Assembly (NCBI GenBank): GCA_964350645.1
Contig: CAYGJY010000002.1
Coordinates: forward strand, 33,538 to 97,537
Direction: 5' to 3'
Length of the DNA stretch: 64,000 nucleotides
Source: an uncultured Candidatus Saccharibacteria bacterium
Lineage (GTDB): Bacteria > Patescibacteriota > Minisyncoccia > Phycocordibacterales > UBA918
Shown here: positions 27,357 to 37,755 of the stretch, piece after piece
How positions within the stretch are numbered: position 1 is the stretch's first letter
How the letters are laid out: every line of letters begins with the position of its first letter
Made by a program: the position numbers and the translations under genes
The notes under the pieces: model-generated
Told to the model about the DNA's origin: nothing
Seen by the model: the letters and a program-made list of their open reading frames with translations, nothing else
Databases searched by the model: none

Positions 27357-29012
27357 CTACACGTCAATTATTTCTAGCCTCTGACCCTCATGCTGGACCG
27401 CGACACTAAACCACATCTCAAAATAAAATGGATATGACATACCTTGCGCATCCGTAATTACTAATTCACCCGTGTCGGCAACAGTTAACACAAGCCCCTC
27501 TTCTCCTGGCACCACCACCTCTCCCGCTTGGCGCAGTGCGAGCCACGGAGCGGTGTAGGTACGCTCGCCGACTCGAAATACCACCATGATCGTCTTCGGT
27601 TCGAACCTAGTATCTAGATTACTAGGATCAAATACAAACCGATCATCGTTTTCATATCCAGCATAGGGGTTGCGCGCATAATCACGCTGATATCCGCTGG
27701 CTTCACTAAGGACGAGAGCGTTCGGGTACAGGCGGCGAACCTCACCAAGTGTGAGAAGTTGAAACGGCGCCAGCTCTAATTGCGCTTGATACAACGAACC
27801 AGCCAAGGCGTTACCGGTGCTCTGCTGCCACAAACTTTCGGTGGTGCGGTCATACATAATCATATTACTTTCCAAAAGTGAGCCCGACACGCCAAAGGTA
27901 GTGACCTCGCCAGTTGGTAAAGTGCGATCAAACACAATCGCACTCCCACAGAGTGGACAAAACGTCACCGCCACCGGCACACCATCAATCTCATCATTCA
28001 CAATCTCATGCCACGTCAAAATGTTGTACGGATACACTTTTATTTCAGTCTCACCCACAAGCACGATCGCCTGGACTGAGTCTGGTCGAGTAAACCCTGA
28101 CAGTGGCGTGAAGCTTGGCTCATCAATTGCCGGAATACCATCTTTACCTGGCCCTCCAGAAATTGCTGCTGCGAGCGCTGGGTCAGCGTTTGAAAAATCT
28201 GTTCGAGGAAACGCCTGAGCTAATGCCGGCGGAATAGGTACAGCCGTCGTTTCCATTTGGCTGCTGGTGCCCGACTGTGCTGGTGCAGTGTCTACCTCCT
28301 GGAGCAGATTCTGTTCAAACTGCAAGATACCATCGATGTAGCCGCGCTCCAGCACCCAGGTTTCAACTTGTTTATCAAGACCAGTCAGAATAAACAAACC
28401 AATCAACAGAAACAGCATGCCAATCCCGCGTTTTATCAGTCCATGACTATCAGCAGCCACCTGCAACTTGCTCGTCAGTCGCTGACCCAAAAGTGCAATC
28501 AAAATGAGTACTAAGACCAAGCCTCCGATGTACGCCAGAAGATACAGTGTGCCTAAGAAAAAACTGGCCGGTAGCACCGTTGCCAAAATCACGAAGTAAG
28601 TTGGGCTACACGAAGAGAACACCGGACCAAGCGCGGCGCCGACCAACACATCACCCCAGAAACTTTTCTTCTGGTACCCGGTACCCATGATCTGGTTGGC
28701 ACCAACGCTGGTCTTTTGCACAAACGGTAATCGTTCCCACAGGCGTGGAAAAAGGAGTACGAGTCCAAACCCGAGCAAGATACTACCCGACACGTACCCC
28801 CAGACATAATTCGGGATCGCAATCAGAGCGGTCGAGGCTTTCAATATGTAGGTGAAAAGAAGAATCGATAGCGCGAGTGACCCAATCACAATATACGGCG
28901 TGGCTTTACTGCGCCCCACACTACTCCCGATCACGACTGGCAAGAGCGGCAAGATACACGGTGCCAGGACCGTAAGCACACCGGCTAAAAACGAAATTAG
29001 GAGGAGGGTCAT
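27357..29012 (-). CDS. CcdA/DsbD transmembrane domain fused to DUF3179 domain
   Basis: APCILPLLP and SSCSP (CcdA cysteines); GGPGKDGIPAID, WHEIVND, TFCPLCGS, FGVSG.L..SN. Confidence 0.85.
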   Translation of the reverse strand: MTLLLISFLAGVLTVLAPCILPLLPVVIGSSVGRSKATPYIVIGSLALSILLFTYILKASTALIAIPNYVWGYVSGSILLGFGLVLLFPRLWERLPFVQKTSVGANQIMGTGYQKKSFWGDVLVGAALGPVFSSCSPTYFVILATVLPASFFLGTLYLLAYIGGLVLVLILIALLGQRLTSKLQVAADSHGLIKRGIGMLFLLIGLFILTGLDKQVETWVLERGYIDGILQFEQNLLQEVDTAPAQSGTSSQMETTAVPIPPALAQAFPRTDFSNADPALAAAISGGPGKDGIPAIDEPSFTPLSGFTRPDSVQAIVLVGETEIKVYPYNILTWHEIVNDEIDGVPVAVTFCPLCGSAIVFDRTLPTGEVTTFGVSGSLLESNMIMYDRTTESLWQQSTGNALAGSLYQAQLELAPFQLLTLGEVRRLYPNALVLSEASGYQRDYARNPYAGYENDDRFVFDPSNLDTRFEPKTIMVVFRVGERTYTAPWLALRQAGEVVVPGEEGLVLTVADTGELVITDAQGMSYPFYFEMWFSVAVQHEGQRLEIIDV

Positions 29013-29018
29013 AGCAGC

Positions 29019-29555
29019 CTACAAACCAGCAAGTAGCTGATCAAGCGTGTTCGGATGGGTAATGCTACTTTCAGCGCTACCGTCTGCAGCGACTGAAATC
29101 AAGGAATGTTGTTTATTGACGCCGTACCGTTGTTTCAAAGCAGTCTCAGTGTCGTAGTCAACCTTAAAGATCGCCACGTCACCCGGGATAGCGGCAGCAT
29201 TATCCTGAATATTTTTCTCTAAGGCGCGACAGGTTGGGCACCAACTAGCATGGAAAAACAGGACATTATGGGTGGCCGTACTGGCCGCTAAAGCGCTTTC
29301 ACTGTAAGTAGTAAAAACTCCTGGGCCTGATACAGTTTCAGTCACAGACGTTACTTCACTATCCATTACATCGGCTGGTTGCTCAATTGCAGCCGCTTGA
29401 TTCTCTGGTGTTGATACGTCAGTTTCGATTTCTGTTTCCATCTCAGATTCAACCGCCACAGGTATCACTTCAGAAACTGGATCTGGTGAACTAGTGACAA
29501 CATATCCCACACCGCCAATAATTATAAGCGCCACTAAACCAATCAGAATATTCAT
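29019..29555 (-). CDS. membrane-anchored thioredoxin
   Basis: FFHASWCPTCR, KVDYD, YGV..QH. Confidence 0.88.
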   Translation of the reverse strand: MNILIGLVALIIIGGVGYVVTSSPDPVSEVIPVAVESEMETEIETDVSTPENQAAAIEQPADVMDSEVTSVTETVSGPGVFTTYSESALAASTATHNVLFFHASWCPTCRALEKNIQDNAAAIPGDVAIFKVDYDTETALKQRYGVNKQHSLISVAADGSAESSITHPNTLDQLLAGL

Positions 29556-29632
29556 AAGAAATGTAAAATTATGTATTATATATAACCTAGTACGCCTCGA
29601 ACCACTACTTATTTCAGCGCCGCAGAACAATA

Positions 29633-30790
29633 TCAATTAGTGCGACTAAGTTGCGTAGTATCAATCCTAATGATTCGATCGTCGTTGGCAGTTGGGTTAC
29701 CACGGCCATCACGGTTACTGGTGAGGAGATACAAATGTCCATCTGGTCCAACTCGCACCGAGCGCAGTCGCCCATACTCATCCACAAAATGTTCCTGCCA
29801 CGCTACGATCTCTGTTTCAGTTTCATTTAGCATCGCTTGATACAGTGTCTCACCGCGCAGACCAGGCAGGTACAAACTGCCATCAAGATATTGCAGATCA
29901 CCCGGCGCCCAGGTGACACTGGCTGAGGAATGTCGTGTCGGAGCAATCGTATCATCAAGTACGGTATCGCCTTCACTGTCTGGCCAGCCATAGTTACCAC
30001 CAGCAGTAATCAGGTTAATTTCATCAAACCCGGAGCGAGCTCCTGAACGTCCATGTTCGCTGCTCCATAACCTGCCATTACTATCCCACGTCAAACCTTG
30101 CGGATTTCGGTGACCGTAAGAATACACCAGTGTCCCAAACGGATTACCGGGAGCTACTTCACCTTCAGCGGTCATACGGATGATGGTCCCTTCAAGACTG
30201 TCTTTGTTTTGTGCTTCTGCCGGATCAAGCGCGTCACCGACCGTAGCGTAGAGATAGCCATCAGGACCAAAAGCAAGTCGTCCACCATCGTGGTAGATGG
30301 CCCCCGGCAAGTCAGCCACGACTACACGATCAAGCACAAGCTCCCCGTCCCGGAGTGTATAGCGCACAATTTGGTTGGAAAGACCAATTCCATCAACCGT
30401 CGTTTCATACAGATAGATAAAATTATTGGTCGCAAAATCTGGATGTAACGCTACTCCCAACAATCCCCCTTCACCGGTTGACCTGACACCAGGAACAGCG
30501 ATTTCAATCCCTTCCTTAAGTAGCAGCAGCCGACCCGGCCGTTCTGTCACCAAGAGTTCCCCATCTGGTAGAAATACCACCTCCCACGGAACACTTAGAT
30601 TCTCAGCCACCACCTCCACCGGTGGCATGTCACTGTGAGTCTTGCTCACTAATGTCGATCCTGGATCGGTTTCGACCCGGCTATCAGAACCCACATACAC
30701 CGCTGGTGCTGCTGGTTCACGTGGCCCCTGCAGCCACCACACTCCCCCAAGTACAACTAGTAGTACTATACCGATTCCAATCCATTTCAT
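29633..30790 (-). CDS. PQQ-dependent sugar dehydrogenase (GSDH family)
   Basis: GEGGLLG, HDGGRLAFGPDG, YGHRNPQG, GGNYGWP. Confidence 0.9.
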   Translation of the reverse strand: MKWIGIGIVLLVVLGGVWWLQGPREPAAPAVYVGSDSRVETDPGSTLVSKTHSDMPPVEVVAENLSVPWEVVFLPDGELLVTERPGRLLLLKEGIEIAVPGVRSTGEGGLLGVALHPDFATNNFIYLYETTVDGIGLSNQIVRYTLRDGELVLDRVVVADLPGAIYHDGGRLAFGPDGYLYATVGDALDPAEAQNKDSLEGTIIRMTAEGEVAPGNPFGTLVYSYGHRNPQGLTWDSNGRLWSSEHGRSGARSGFDEINLITAGGNYGWPDSEGDTVLDDTIAPTRHSSASVTWAPGDLQYLDGSLYLPGLRGETLYQAMLNETETEIVAWQEHFVDEYGRLRSVRVGPDGHLYLLTSNRDGRGNPTANDDRIIRIDTTQLSRTN

Positions 30791-30838
30791 AACGCCAGTA
30801 TACCAAAGCCTATTTTATAAAAATAATCAGCGCTGTCG

Positions 30839-31096
30839 TTATCGAAAATGGATAAACAGCCGACCGTGGTTTTTGGTGTCTACCTCGAGTCGTTTGTACT
30901 GCGACTTAATTTCTTTTTGGTCGAGAAATTTCTTAACGCGTTTCATCAGTTGACCGCTCCCTTTACCCGGAATAATCTCCGCGGTCTTGACGCGCTTGCG
31001 GACTGCTTCAAGAAGCAGCTCCGCAAGCGCGTCATCTACCGCTCGTCCGTCTTTTGCAAGCGGGTGCAGATCAAGATGTAAAACTGATTTTGACAT
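30839..31096 (-). CDS. stand-alone Smr/MutS2 domain protein
   Basis: LDLH, EIIPGKGSGQL, N.G. Confidence 0.85.
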   Translation of the reverse strand: MSKSVLHLDLHPLAKDGRAVDDALAELLLEAVRKRVKTAEIIPGKGSGQLMKRVKKFLDQKEIKSQYKRLEVDTKNHGRLFIHFR

Positions 31097-31325
31097 ACTA
31101 ATTTACTGACGCTCCAATGTGTCTACCTCAATCACCCCAAGGACCCCAAAATGAAACCAGGAGTAGTTATCATATTCCTACAGATATCAATACTTTCATG
31201 TCTGGCAGTATAACAGAGGTTCTACAAGTATTATTGTTGAGTGAATACTCTAAGCAAACAACCTCTAACAGCCAGTAGGCTAATTAACCGTTCAGTCAAT
31301 TATTATAGCGTGTAGTTATTCTAAA

Positions 31326-31865
31326 TTATTTTACTTCAATGGTAGTTGAACCTGCCAGATAATCCACCTCATACGGAACATAGGTCGCAGTGTAGGCGCC
31401 ATACTGATTAATCCGCCACGTTACCTTGGTGTAGCCATCATCTCCAATCACCACTGCTTTTTTATTAGTGTTCACCACTCCTGGTCCAAACAAATCCACC
31501 ACGACTGTCTCACCTGGAATCCCCCGCACAGCACCATAGACCTCACTATATTGTCCTGGTGAAACATGCGCAAAAGTGAGTTCGACTCCAGTGTTTTCTA
31601 GTTGGGCAATTTCTTGCACCGTTGCATCACGAAAACCACCCTGGCCGTCGGGCATTGAATAATTTGTCTCTATCCCAAAACGCTTTTCATTTGAAGCGTT
31701 CATTTTCATAGTCTCGTCGGTACCTGACAATGGAACAGCTACGACTTCTTCTTCAGACGCCTCACTTTGCTTAGCATCCTCCAGCACATCCTTCGGACTC
31801 AATACAAAAAATAATAAAAGAATTATTGCCAACAACCCTCCCCCAATCAGTAACTTAGTGTCCAT
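31326..31865 (-). CDS. hypothetical membrane-anchored protein
   Basis: N-terminal TM, beta-rich C-terminus; -10-like TACTAT 7 nt before ATG. Confidence 0.6.
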   Translation of the reverse strand: MDTKLLIGGGLLAIILLLFFVLSPKDVLEDAKQSEASEEEVVAVPLSGTDETMKMNASNEKRFGIETNYSMPDGQGGFRDATVQEIAQLENTGVELTFAHVSPGQYSEVYGAVRGIPGETVVVDLFGPGVVNTNKKAVVIGDDGYTKVTWRINQYGAYTATYVPYEVDYLAGSTTIEVK

Positions 31866-31883
31866 GTCTAAGATAGTACATAT

Positions 31884-32228
31884 CTAATAAAGATTCTCAC
31901 ACGCATCGCCATCACGATCTCTATCTAAATCATGTGGGTCAATCATTGGGCCACCTTGTTCCTCATAAAAATCTTGGGCATCAATCCAATATTCGAAGTC
32001 AGCGCAGTCGTAGTCACGAAAACTCGTACGTGCGAGGTTGCGAGCACTCGTTCGTGCTGAACGCACGTTAGTACTACTTTCTTTCTGCTCACTCACTCCA
32101 CTATTATGGCAATGGTAGTCACCAGTCTTAGTATTGTTATGACAACCTGCACTATTAGTGCGCCCGCCATGAGCAAAAACACTCATTGGCATGAGCACGA
32201 GAAGCAATGTAACAAGTACTGACTGCAT
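31884..32228 (-). CDS. YHYH + excalibur calcium-binding domain protein
   Basis: signal peptide, AHGGRTNSAGCH...YHCH, DYDCADF...DLDRDRDGDACE. Confidence 0.85.
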   Translation of the reverse strand: MQSVLVTLLLVLMPMSVFAHGGRTNSAGCHNNTKTGDYHCHNSGVSEQKESSTNVRSARTSARNLARTSFRDYDCADFEYWIDAQDFYEEQGGPMIDPHDLDRDRDGDACENLY

Positions 32229-32449
32229 TACGGCATGACTGTTAAGCCAATAACGAACCCCGTAGCAACAATCACTGCAGCAAATACAATCGCTACACTT
32301 ATATTGCCACTTTGTAACTCTTCCCACTCATTGATTGGTGAAATCCACGAAAATAGCTTCGTCAAGATTCCCAGTGATACTGCCATCGAAATAGCCCCAG
32401 TAATCGCCCACCCAAAGGTAATCGCATATTGTGTTAAAAGTATATCCAT
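32228..32449 (-). CDS. DUF350 membrane protein
   Basis: two TMs around P.NEWEEL..GNISVAIV. Confidence 0.75.
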   Translation of the reverse strand: MDILLTQYAITFGWAITGAISMAVSLGILTKLFSWISPINEWEELQSGNISVAIVFAAVIVATGFVIGLTVMP

Positions 32450-32552
32450 ATAAAGACACTATACTCCCTTGGTCTAAAGTTTCAATACTAACAAAATCTG
32501 CCACATACAATATAGTTGGCAGATTTTGTATTCGCTTATCCTATAAATCTCA

Positions 32553-33425
32553 CTATTCAGCGTACCAATCAAGAATTTCTACCTTGATGTCTTCGCTACC
32601 AGCTTGCACAATCTCTCTAAAACGTTCAACATCGCTAAAGCCATCGGGGGTGCGGAAGTGATACGGGTAAATCACCTTTGGAGCAAAAGCAAGGACCGCT
32701 TCAGCAGCCGCATCGACATCCATCGTGTACGGTAAGTTCATCGACACAAACGCTACGTCAATGTTTTCAAGGGCGCGCATTTTTGGAGTACCTTCGGTGT
32801 CTCCCGAAAAGTACACACGAGATATACCGTCATCAAACACGACTCCAATATCACCGCGTGACTGTGGATGAAAGTTCTGCGCTTCTTCGCGTGTGTTATA
32901 GGCAGCAACCGCTTCGAGTGTGAGTGGATTGATCGTCGTAGTTTCGCCTGGAGCTAACGCCACGACAGTAGCCACAATTCCTTCAGGTAATTGATCAACC
33001 ACATCTTGTGGAGCGATCAGTGTCGTTGTCTCACGTAACATTGCTGGTAAATTCTCAGCATCAAAGTGGTCTCCATGTCGATGAGTAATAAATACCACGT
33101 CGGGTATACCATACGCAATATAGAGCGCCGCTTCACCAACTGGATCAGCGAAGATGAGTGTGTCACCCCACTGCACCACTGCCGAGGCGTGGGAAATCGG
33201 TGCCAGCTCTACGCCTGGAGCAATCTCAATAAAGCTCACATCGCCATGCATCATGTCATCATCATGAGAGTGGTTTTCGTCTTTATTGTGCTTCTCTTCG
33301 TGTGTCATATCTTTTTTATAGTCTTTATCGTGTCCTGTACCATGGTGCATAACTTCAAAAGCAAACAGTGCGCTTATCGTTACCGCCACCCCGATTAGTC
33401 CTCCAAGTATGTATTCTTTCTTCAT
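32553..33425 (-). CDS. MBL-fold metallo-hydrolase with His-rich linker
   Basis: ITHRHGDHFD, YFSGDT, MNLPYTM, YPYH. Confidence 0.88.
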   Translation of the reverse strand: MKKEYILGGLIGVAVTISALFAFEVMHHGTGHDKDYKKDMTHEEKHNKDENHSHDDDMMHGDVSFIEIAPGVELAPISHASAVVQWGDTLIFADPVGEAALYIAYGIPDVVFITHRHGDHFDAENLPAMLRETTTLIAPQDVVDQLPEGIVATVVALAPGETTTINPLTLEAVAAYNTREEAQNFHPQSRGDIGVVFDDGISRVYFSGDTEGTPKMRALENIDVAFVSMNLPYTMDVDAAAEAVLAFAPKVIYPYHFRTPDGFSDVERFREIVQAGSEDIKVEILDWYAE

Positions 33426-33563
33426 AGCAAACCCTGCGTTTTATTTATATGTGATTAATATATCCAGTATAACAAATCTTTTTTGACGTCTCATTTCTGC
33501 TCTAAAGCCCCGAATACAAATATATTGTATACTTCAAGTATATCCACCAATAACTACCTCTCT

Positions 33564-34442
33564 ATGTTACCCCTGACTATTATCCTCATTATTCTCCTAC
33601 TGCTCTCACCTTCGATTATCTACGTTGTCCGCGGAAAAACAGCTGCTATTCTTGAGACCTTCGGTAAGCCCCACCCTTCCGCCGTTTTTCCGGGACTACA
33701 TTTCAAGCTTCCGTTCCCAATCACCAACATTGTTGCTCGAATTAACCTCCAACAACAGGAGATTCACGCCGATGTATCAGTAAAAACTATCGATAATGCT
33801 TTTCTAACACTGCCAGTTAAAGTGCAGTACCGGGCGAGCAGCGATCCACTTGGAGCAGTCAAGGCGCACTATGAGCTCGAACGACCAGAACAACAAATTT
33901 CTTCATACGTTCTCAACAATGTTAGACAAACTGCCTCTGGTATGGAGATGACCGAGCTCTACGCAAACCGCGACGTTGTTGAACAACAAGTTCAAGTAGC
34001 CTTGAGTGAACGCTTTGAAAAGTTTGGGTACATTATCGAAAACGTTCTTGTTGACGAGCCTCAGCCCAGTAGTGAGGTACGCGATGCCTTCAACCGCGTG
34101 ATTGCTTCAAAGCGACTGATGGAAGCAGCCCAAAACGAAGCTGAGGCAGAGCGCATCAAACTTGTCGGTGCTGCTCGTGCTGAAGCGGAGAGCAAGCGTC
34201 TGCAAGGTGAAGGTATGGCAGAGATGCGCACTGCCATTGCTAACGGTCTTGAAGCAGCGATGCAAACTATGGAACGCTCTGGTCTTGATGTTGCAACCGC
34301 TATCTCTTTCCTCAACGATACCAACCGCATTGATGCCATTACCACTGCAGCTGAGACTGGCAATTTGATCATCATGGATACCCGCAGTGACAATGATATG
34401 AGCCGGACCATCGCAGCCGTCAAAGCTTCAACGCATAACTAA
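33564..34442 (+). CDS. SPFH/band 7 domain protein
   Basis: ETFGK, PGLHFK.P, VKT.DN, AEAESKRLQGEG. Confidence 0.9.
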   Translation: MLPLTIILIILLLLSPSIIYVVRGKTAAILETFGKPHPSAVFPGLHFKLPFPITNIVARINLQQQEIHADVSVKTIDNAFLTLPVKVQYRASSDPLGAVKAHYELERPEQQISSYVLNNVRQTASGMEMTELYANRDVVEQQVQVALSERFEKFGYIIENVLVDEPQPSSEVRDAFNRVIASKRLMEAAQNEAEAERIKLVGAARAEAESKRLQGEGMAEMRTAIANGLEAAMQTMERSGLDVATAISFLNDTNRIDAITTAAETGNLIIMDTRSDNDMSRTIAAVKASTHN

Positions 34443-34505
34443 AAATCTTTTACTGAGTAAGGCTACTTGATGTTTCATTAAGTAATAATCAGGTATACTC
34501 TTCCC

Positions 34506-35957
34506 ATGACTGAAGCGACCGTTGTCTATCCGCATCAATTATTTAAAGACTCGCCGGCCATCAAAGATGGCCGGCTTGTGTATCTTGTGGAAGAATCTCT
34601 TCTCCTTACCTATAATCCGATCCATCGGCAAAAGCTCATGCTACATAAGCTTTCAATGGATGCGTATCAAGCGGAGCTTGAAGCGGCGGGTCACTGCGTG
34701 ACCCGCCTCACCATCCAGGACCATCCGGACACTACTACTGTGTTTGAGCGTCTTCAGTCTGACGGTATTACATCCATTCATGTAGTCGACACCACTGACA
34801 CCTACCTTGAAGCTGCAATTACTGAATCAGGCCTCGAACGTGTGTGGTACGAATCCCCACTGTTTATACTTGAAAAAAATGACGCGATCGGCCGCTACCA
34901 GAAAAGTACTAAGCACCTAGCAAGGTTTTACAAACAGCTTCGTCTCGACAAAAAAATCTTGCTGGAAAAAGATGGATCACCAACTGGCGGTGCCTGGAAC
35001 TTTGACACAGAAAATCGTAAAAAGATTCCCAAAAATATTGAACTACCCGAGGACATCGAATGGCTCGAGAGTTCTGCAATCACAGCTGCAGTCGATTGGA
35101 TTAGAAGTGTCCCGGCTGAACAATACGGGGAAACTAATTATTGGATTCCGTACACCAGACATGATGCTGAAGCGTATTTAAAACAATTTTTCGCTGATCG
35201 TTTTCACGACTTCGGCCCATATGAAGACGCTTTCAATACAACCCACACCCGCCTCTGGCACTCAACCCTATCTCCTCTTCTCAACATTGGTCTACTGACC
35301 CCAGCAGAAGTACTTAAAGCGGCCCTCACTCACGGTAAGAAAAAGCAGGTGCCTATTAATTCCCTCGAAGGGTTTGTACGGCAAATCCTGGGCTGGCGCG
35401 AATTTATTCGCGCCAGCTACGAGTGCGACGGCAGTGTTATGCGATCACAAAACTTCTGGCAGCACACTCGTTCGCTGCCAGAAGCTTTTTGGAAAGGAAC
35501 CACCTATCTCACACCCGTCGATCATGCGATTCACACTGCACTCCACTACGGCTACAACCATCATATTGAACGACTGATGGTACTCGGTAATATAATGCTT
35601 CTCTCAGGTATCCATCCGACCGAAGTGTATCGCTGGTTTATGGGTATGTACGTTGACGCTTATGACTGGGTCATGGTGCCCAATGTCTACGGCATGAGTC
35701 AATTCTCTGATGGTGGTAGCTTTGCAACTAAACCATACATCAGCGGCGCTAACTACATTAAAAAAATGTCCAACTTCAAAACCGGTGACTGGGAAGAAAC
35801 ATGGACTGCCCTCTACTGGAACTTCATCGCTACTCACCTCGACTATTTCAAATCCAACCATCGCTTATCGATGATGCCCCGGATGCTGGAGAAGATGGAT
35901 GAAACAAAGCAGACTGCTGTACAGCAGCTTGCCAATGACTACCTCACCAAACTCTAA
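34506..35957 (+). CDS. cryptochrome/photolyase family, bacterial (6-4) photolyase (PhrB-like) clade
   Basis: YPHQLF, GG.WNFD.ENRK, FGPYEDA, EGFVRQILGWREF, HHIERLM, DAYDWVMVPNV, KPYISGANYI. Confidence 0.9.
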   Translation: MTEATVVYPHQLFKDSPAIKDGRLVYLVEESLLLTYNPIHRQKLMLHKLSMDAYQAELEAAGHCVTRLTIQDHPDTTTVFERLQSDGITSIHVVDTTDTYLEAAITESGLERVWYESPLFILEKNDAIGRYQKSTKHLARFYKQLRLDKKILLEKDGSPTGGAWNFDTENRKKIPKNIELPEDIEWLESSAITAAVDWIRSVPAEQYGETNYWIPYTRHDAEAYLKQFFADRFHDFGPYEDAFNTTHTRLWHSTLSPLLNIGLLTPAEVLKAALTHGKKKQVPINSLEGFVRQILGWREFIRASYECDGSVMRSQNFWQHTRSLPEAFWKGTTYLTPVDHAIHTALHYGYNHHIERLMVLGNIMLLSGIHPTEVYRWFMGMYVDAYDWVMVPNVYGMSQFSDGGSFATKPYISGANYIKKMSNFKTGDWEETWTALYWNFIATHLDYFKSNHRLSMMPRMLEKMDETKQTAVQQLANDYLTKL

Positions 35958-37286
35958 CTACCAACCAAGTTCACGCATTCCCGCAAAAACTCGAACAAAC
36001 CCACCAACGTTAGCTCCGTCAACATAATCGATAGAGCCATCAGCTTGCTTGCCGTACTGTTCACACGTTGCGTGAATACTTTTCATAATCTCACGGAGCT
36101 CAGTATCAACATCTTCACATTTCCACGGGTGGTGTGATGCATTTTGTGCCATCTCAAGACCAGAGACTGCGACCCCGCCAGCATTGACTGCCTTGGCTGG
36201 ACCAAACAATACTTGTGAGTCTTTAAAGGCGGCAATCGCTTCAAGATTTGAAGGCATATTAGCTCCTTCAGCCACCAAGATAGCCCCGTGATCAATAATC
36301 GCTTTAGCGTCAGCTTCATTGATTTCATTTTGGGTGGCACAGGGGAAATACAGATCAGCCTGCACTGCTCGCCACGGTTTCCCCTCATTATGTGAAGCCC
36401 CCTCAATTTGTACCTCAGCCAAAGACTGTCCACTTTCTTTCACTGCTTCAATAGTATCAATATCATTAGCCGAAAAACCGCTGTCTTTCTGCAAATAACC
36501 TCCACGATCAGAGAGCGTCAAGACAGTCGCTTTTTCTTCAATCAGCTTACGTGCAGCATACAAAGCGACATTACCAGAACCAGACACCACTGCAGTTTTA
36601 CCAACCAATTTCTCATCCTTAGTCTTGAGCATTTCAGCCGCAAAATATATCGCACCATAGCCAGTCGCTTCAGTGCGTCCACACGAACCACCGAAGTTGA
36701 CACTCTTGCCGGTTAACACACCGTCGTTCCGATTAGCAATTTGTTTATACATGCCATACAGGTAGCCAATCTCTTTTCCGCCAACCCCAATATCCCCCGC
36801 CGGCACGTCGGTCTCAATGCCAATATGACGATAGAGCTCCGTCATAAACGCTCGGCAGAAAGACCGAATCTCAGTATCACTTTTACCTTTTGGGTTAAAG
36901 TCACTACCCCCCTTGCCAGCGCCGAGGGGCAAGCCAGTCAAAGCATTTTTAAAAATTTGTTCAAATCCTAGAAATTTTAAAATATCTTCACTTACTGATG
37001 CGTCAAAACGTAAGCCACCCTTATAGGGACCTAGAACCGAGTTAAACTGTACTCGGTAACCAGTGTTGTACTGAAGCTTCCCGGCATCATCTTGCCAGGT
37101 AACCCGGAAACTAATAATCCTCTCAGGCACGAGAAGTCGCTGCAAGCGAGCATAATCTTCTTCCGTAGCTTCAATCTTTTCTAAATACTCACCAATGCTG
37201 TCAAAGAACTCGGTGACGGTCTGAATAAAAATAGGTTGATGTGGGTAGGTTTCTTTAAGATTCGCAAGGATAGCAGTAGTATTCAT
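35958..37286 (-). CDS. gdhA: NADP-specific glutamate dehydrogenase
   Basis: GPYKGGLRF, GKGGSDF, DVPAGDIGVG, EATGYG, SGSGNVA, NAGGVAVS. Confidence 0.95.
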   Translation of the reverse strand: MNTTAILANLKETYPHQPIFIQTVTEFFDSIGEYLEKIEATEEDYARLQRLLVPERIISFRVTWQDDAGKLQYNTGYRVQFNSVLGPYKGGLRFDASVSEDILKFLGFEQIFKNALTGLPLGAGKGGSDFNPKGKSDTEIRSFCRAFMTELYRHIGIETDVPAGDIGVGGKEIGYLYGMYKQIANRNDGVLTGKSVNFGGSCGRTEATGYGAIYFAAEMLKTKDEKLVGKTAVVSGSGNVALYAARKLIEEKATVLTLSDRGGYLQKDSGFSANDIDTIEAVKESGQSLAEVQIEGASHNEGKPWRAVQADLYFPCATQNEINEADAKAIIDHGAILVAEGANMPSNLEAIAAFKDSQVLFGPAKAVNAGGVAVSGLEMAQNASHHPWKCEDVDTELREIMKSIHATCEQYGKQADGSIDYVDGANVGGFVRVFAGMRELGW

Positions 37287-37405
37287 AACAAAGTAATTAA
37301 CTAGGCTGTTTCAGTATATTACAAAACAGCTACTTCTTATACGCAGAAGTACCCTACATAATACACCGCTGCAACGCGGGGTACTAACCTAAGCTTCATG
37401 AGACC

Positions 37406-37735
37406 CTAAGCTCGAGATAGATAGATAGAAATGGCTACCAAATCGTCTTTAGCTTCAATCAAACCTTTATCACTCATATAAAAATACGCTTGATCAATCG
37501 AGAATTTGTGAAGACGAATACCAATTGTATTGGTCACTGGCTTCTGGCTGTAGTAGAACCCAGTAGCTGTATACCCAAAAAAACCACCGTTACCATCCTG
37601 GAAAAGAGATACTGGACGATCGTGCTCACTAGTAAAAATATTGTCGTTGGTATACGACGTCGGTATTTCCGCGCTAAGTGCTCCTGGTGTTATTACCAAG
37701 AGAGCCAAGAGGCTGAAGTTCATTAATTTCCGCAT
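37406..37735 (-). CDS. hypothetical exported protein
   Basis: signal-peptide-like N-terminus; last gene of NUDIX run. Confidence 0.6.
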   Translation of the reverse strand: MRKLMNFSLLALLVITPGALSAEIPTSYTNDNIFTSEHDRPVSLFQDGNGGFFGYTATGFYYSQKPVTNTIGIRLHKFSIDQAYFYMSDKGLIEAKDDLVAISIYLSRA

Positions 37736-37755
37736 CGGCGTAAACTACCATAAAA

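Noticed and set aside
31100-31215. Leaderless small ORF upstream of Smr (TATACT 7 nt before ATG 31199)
   Set aside because: Stops after 9 codons (TGA TAA); at best a decayed peptide gene
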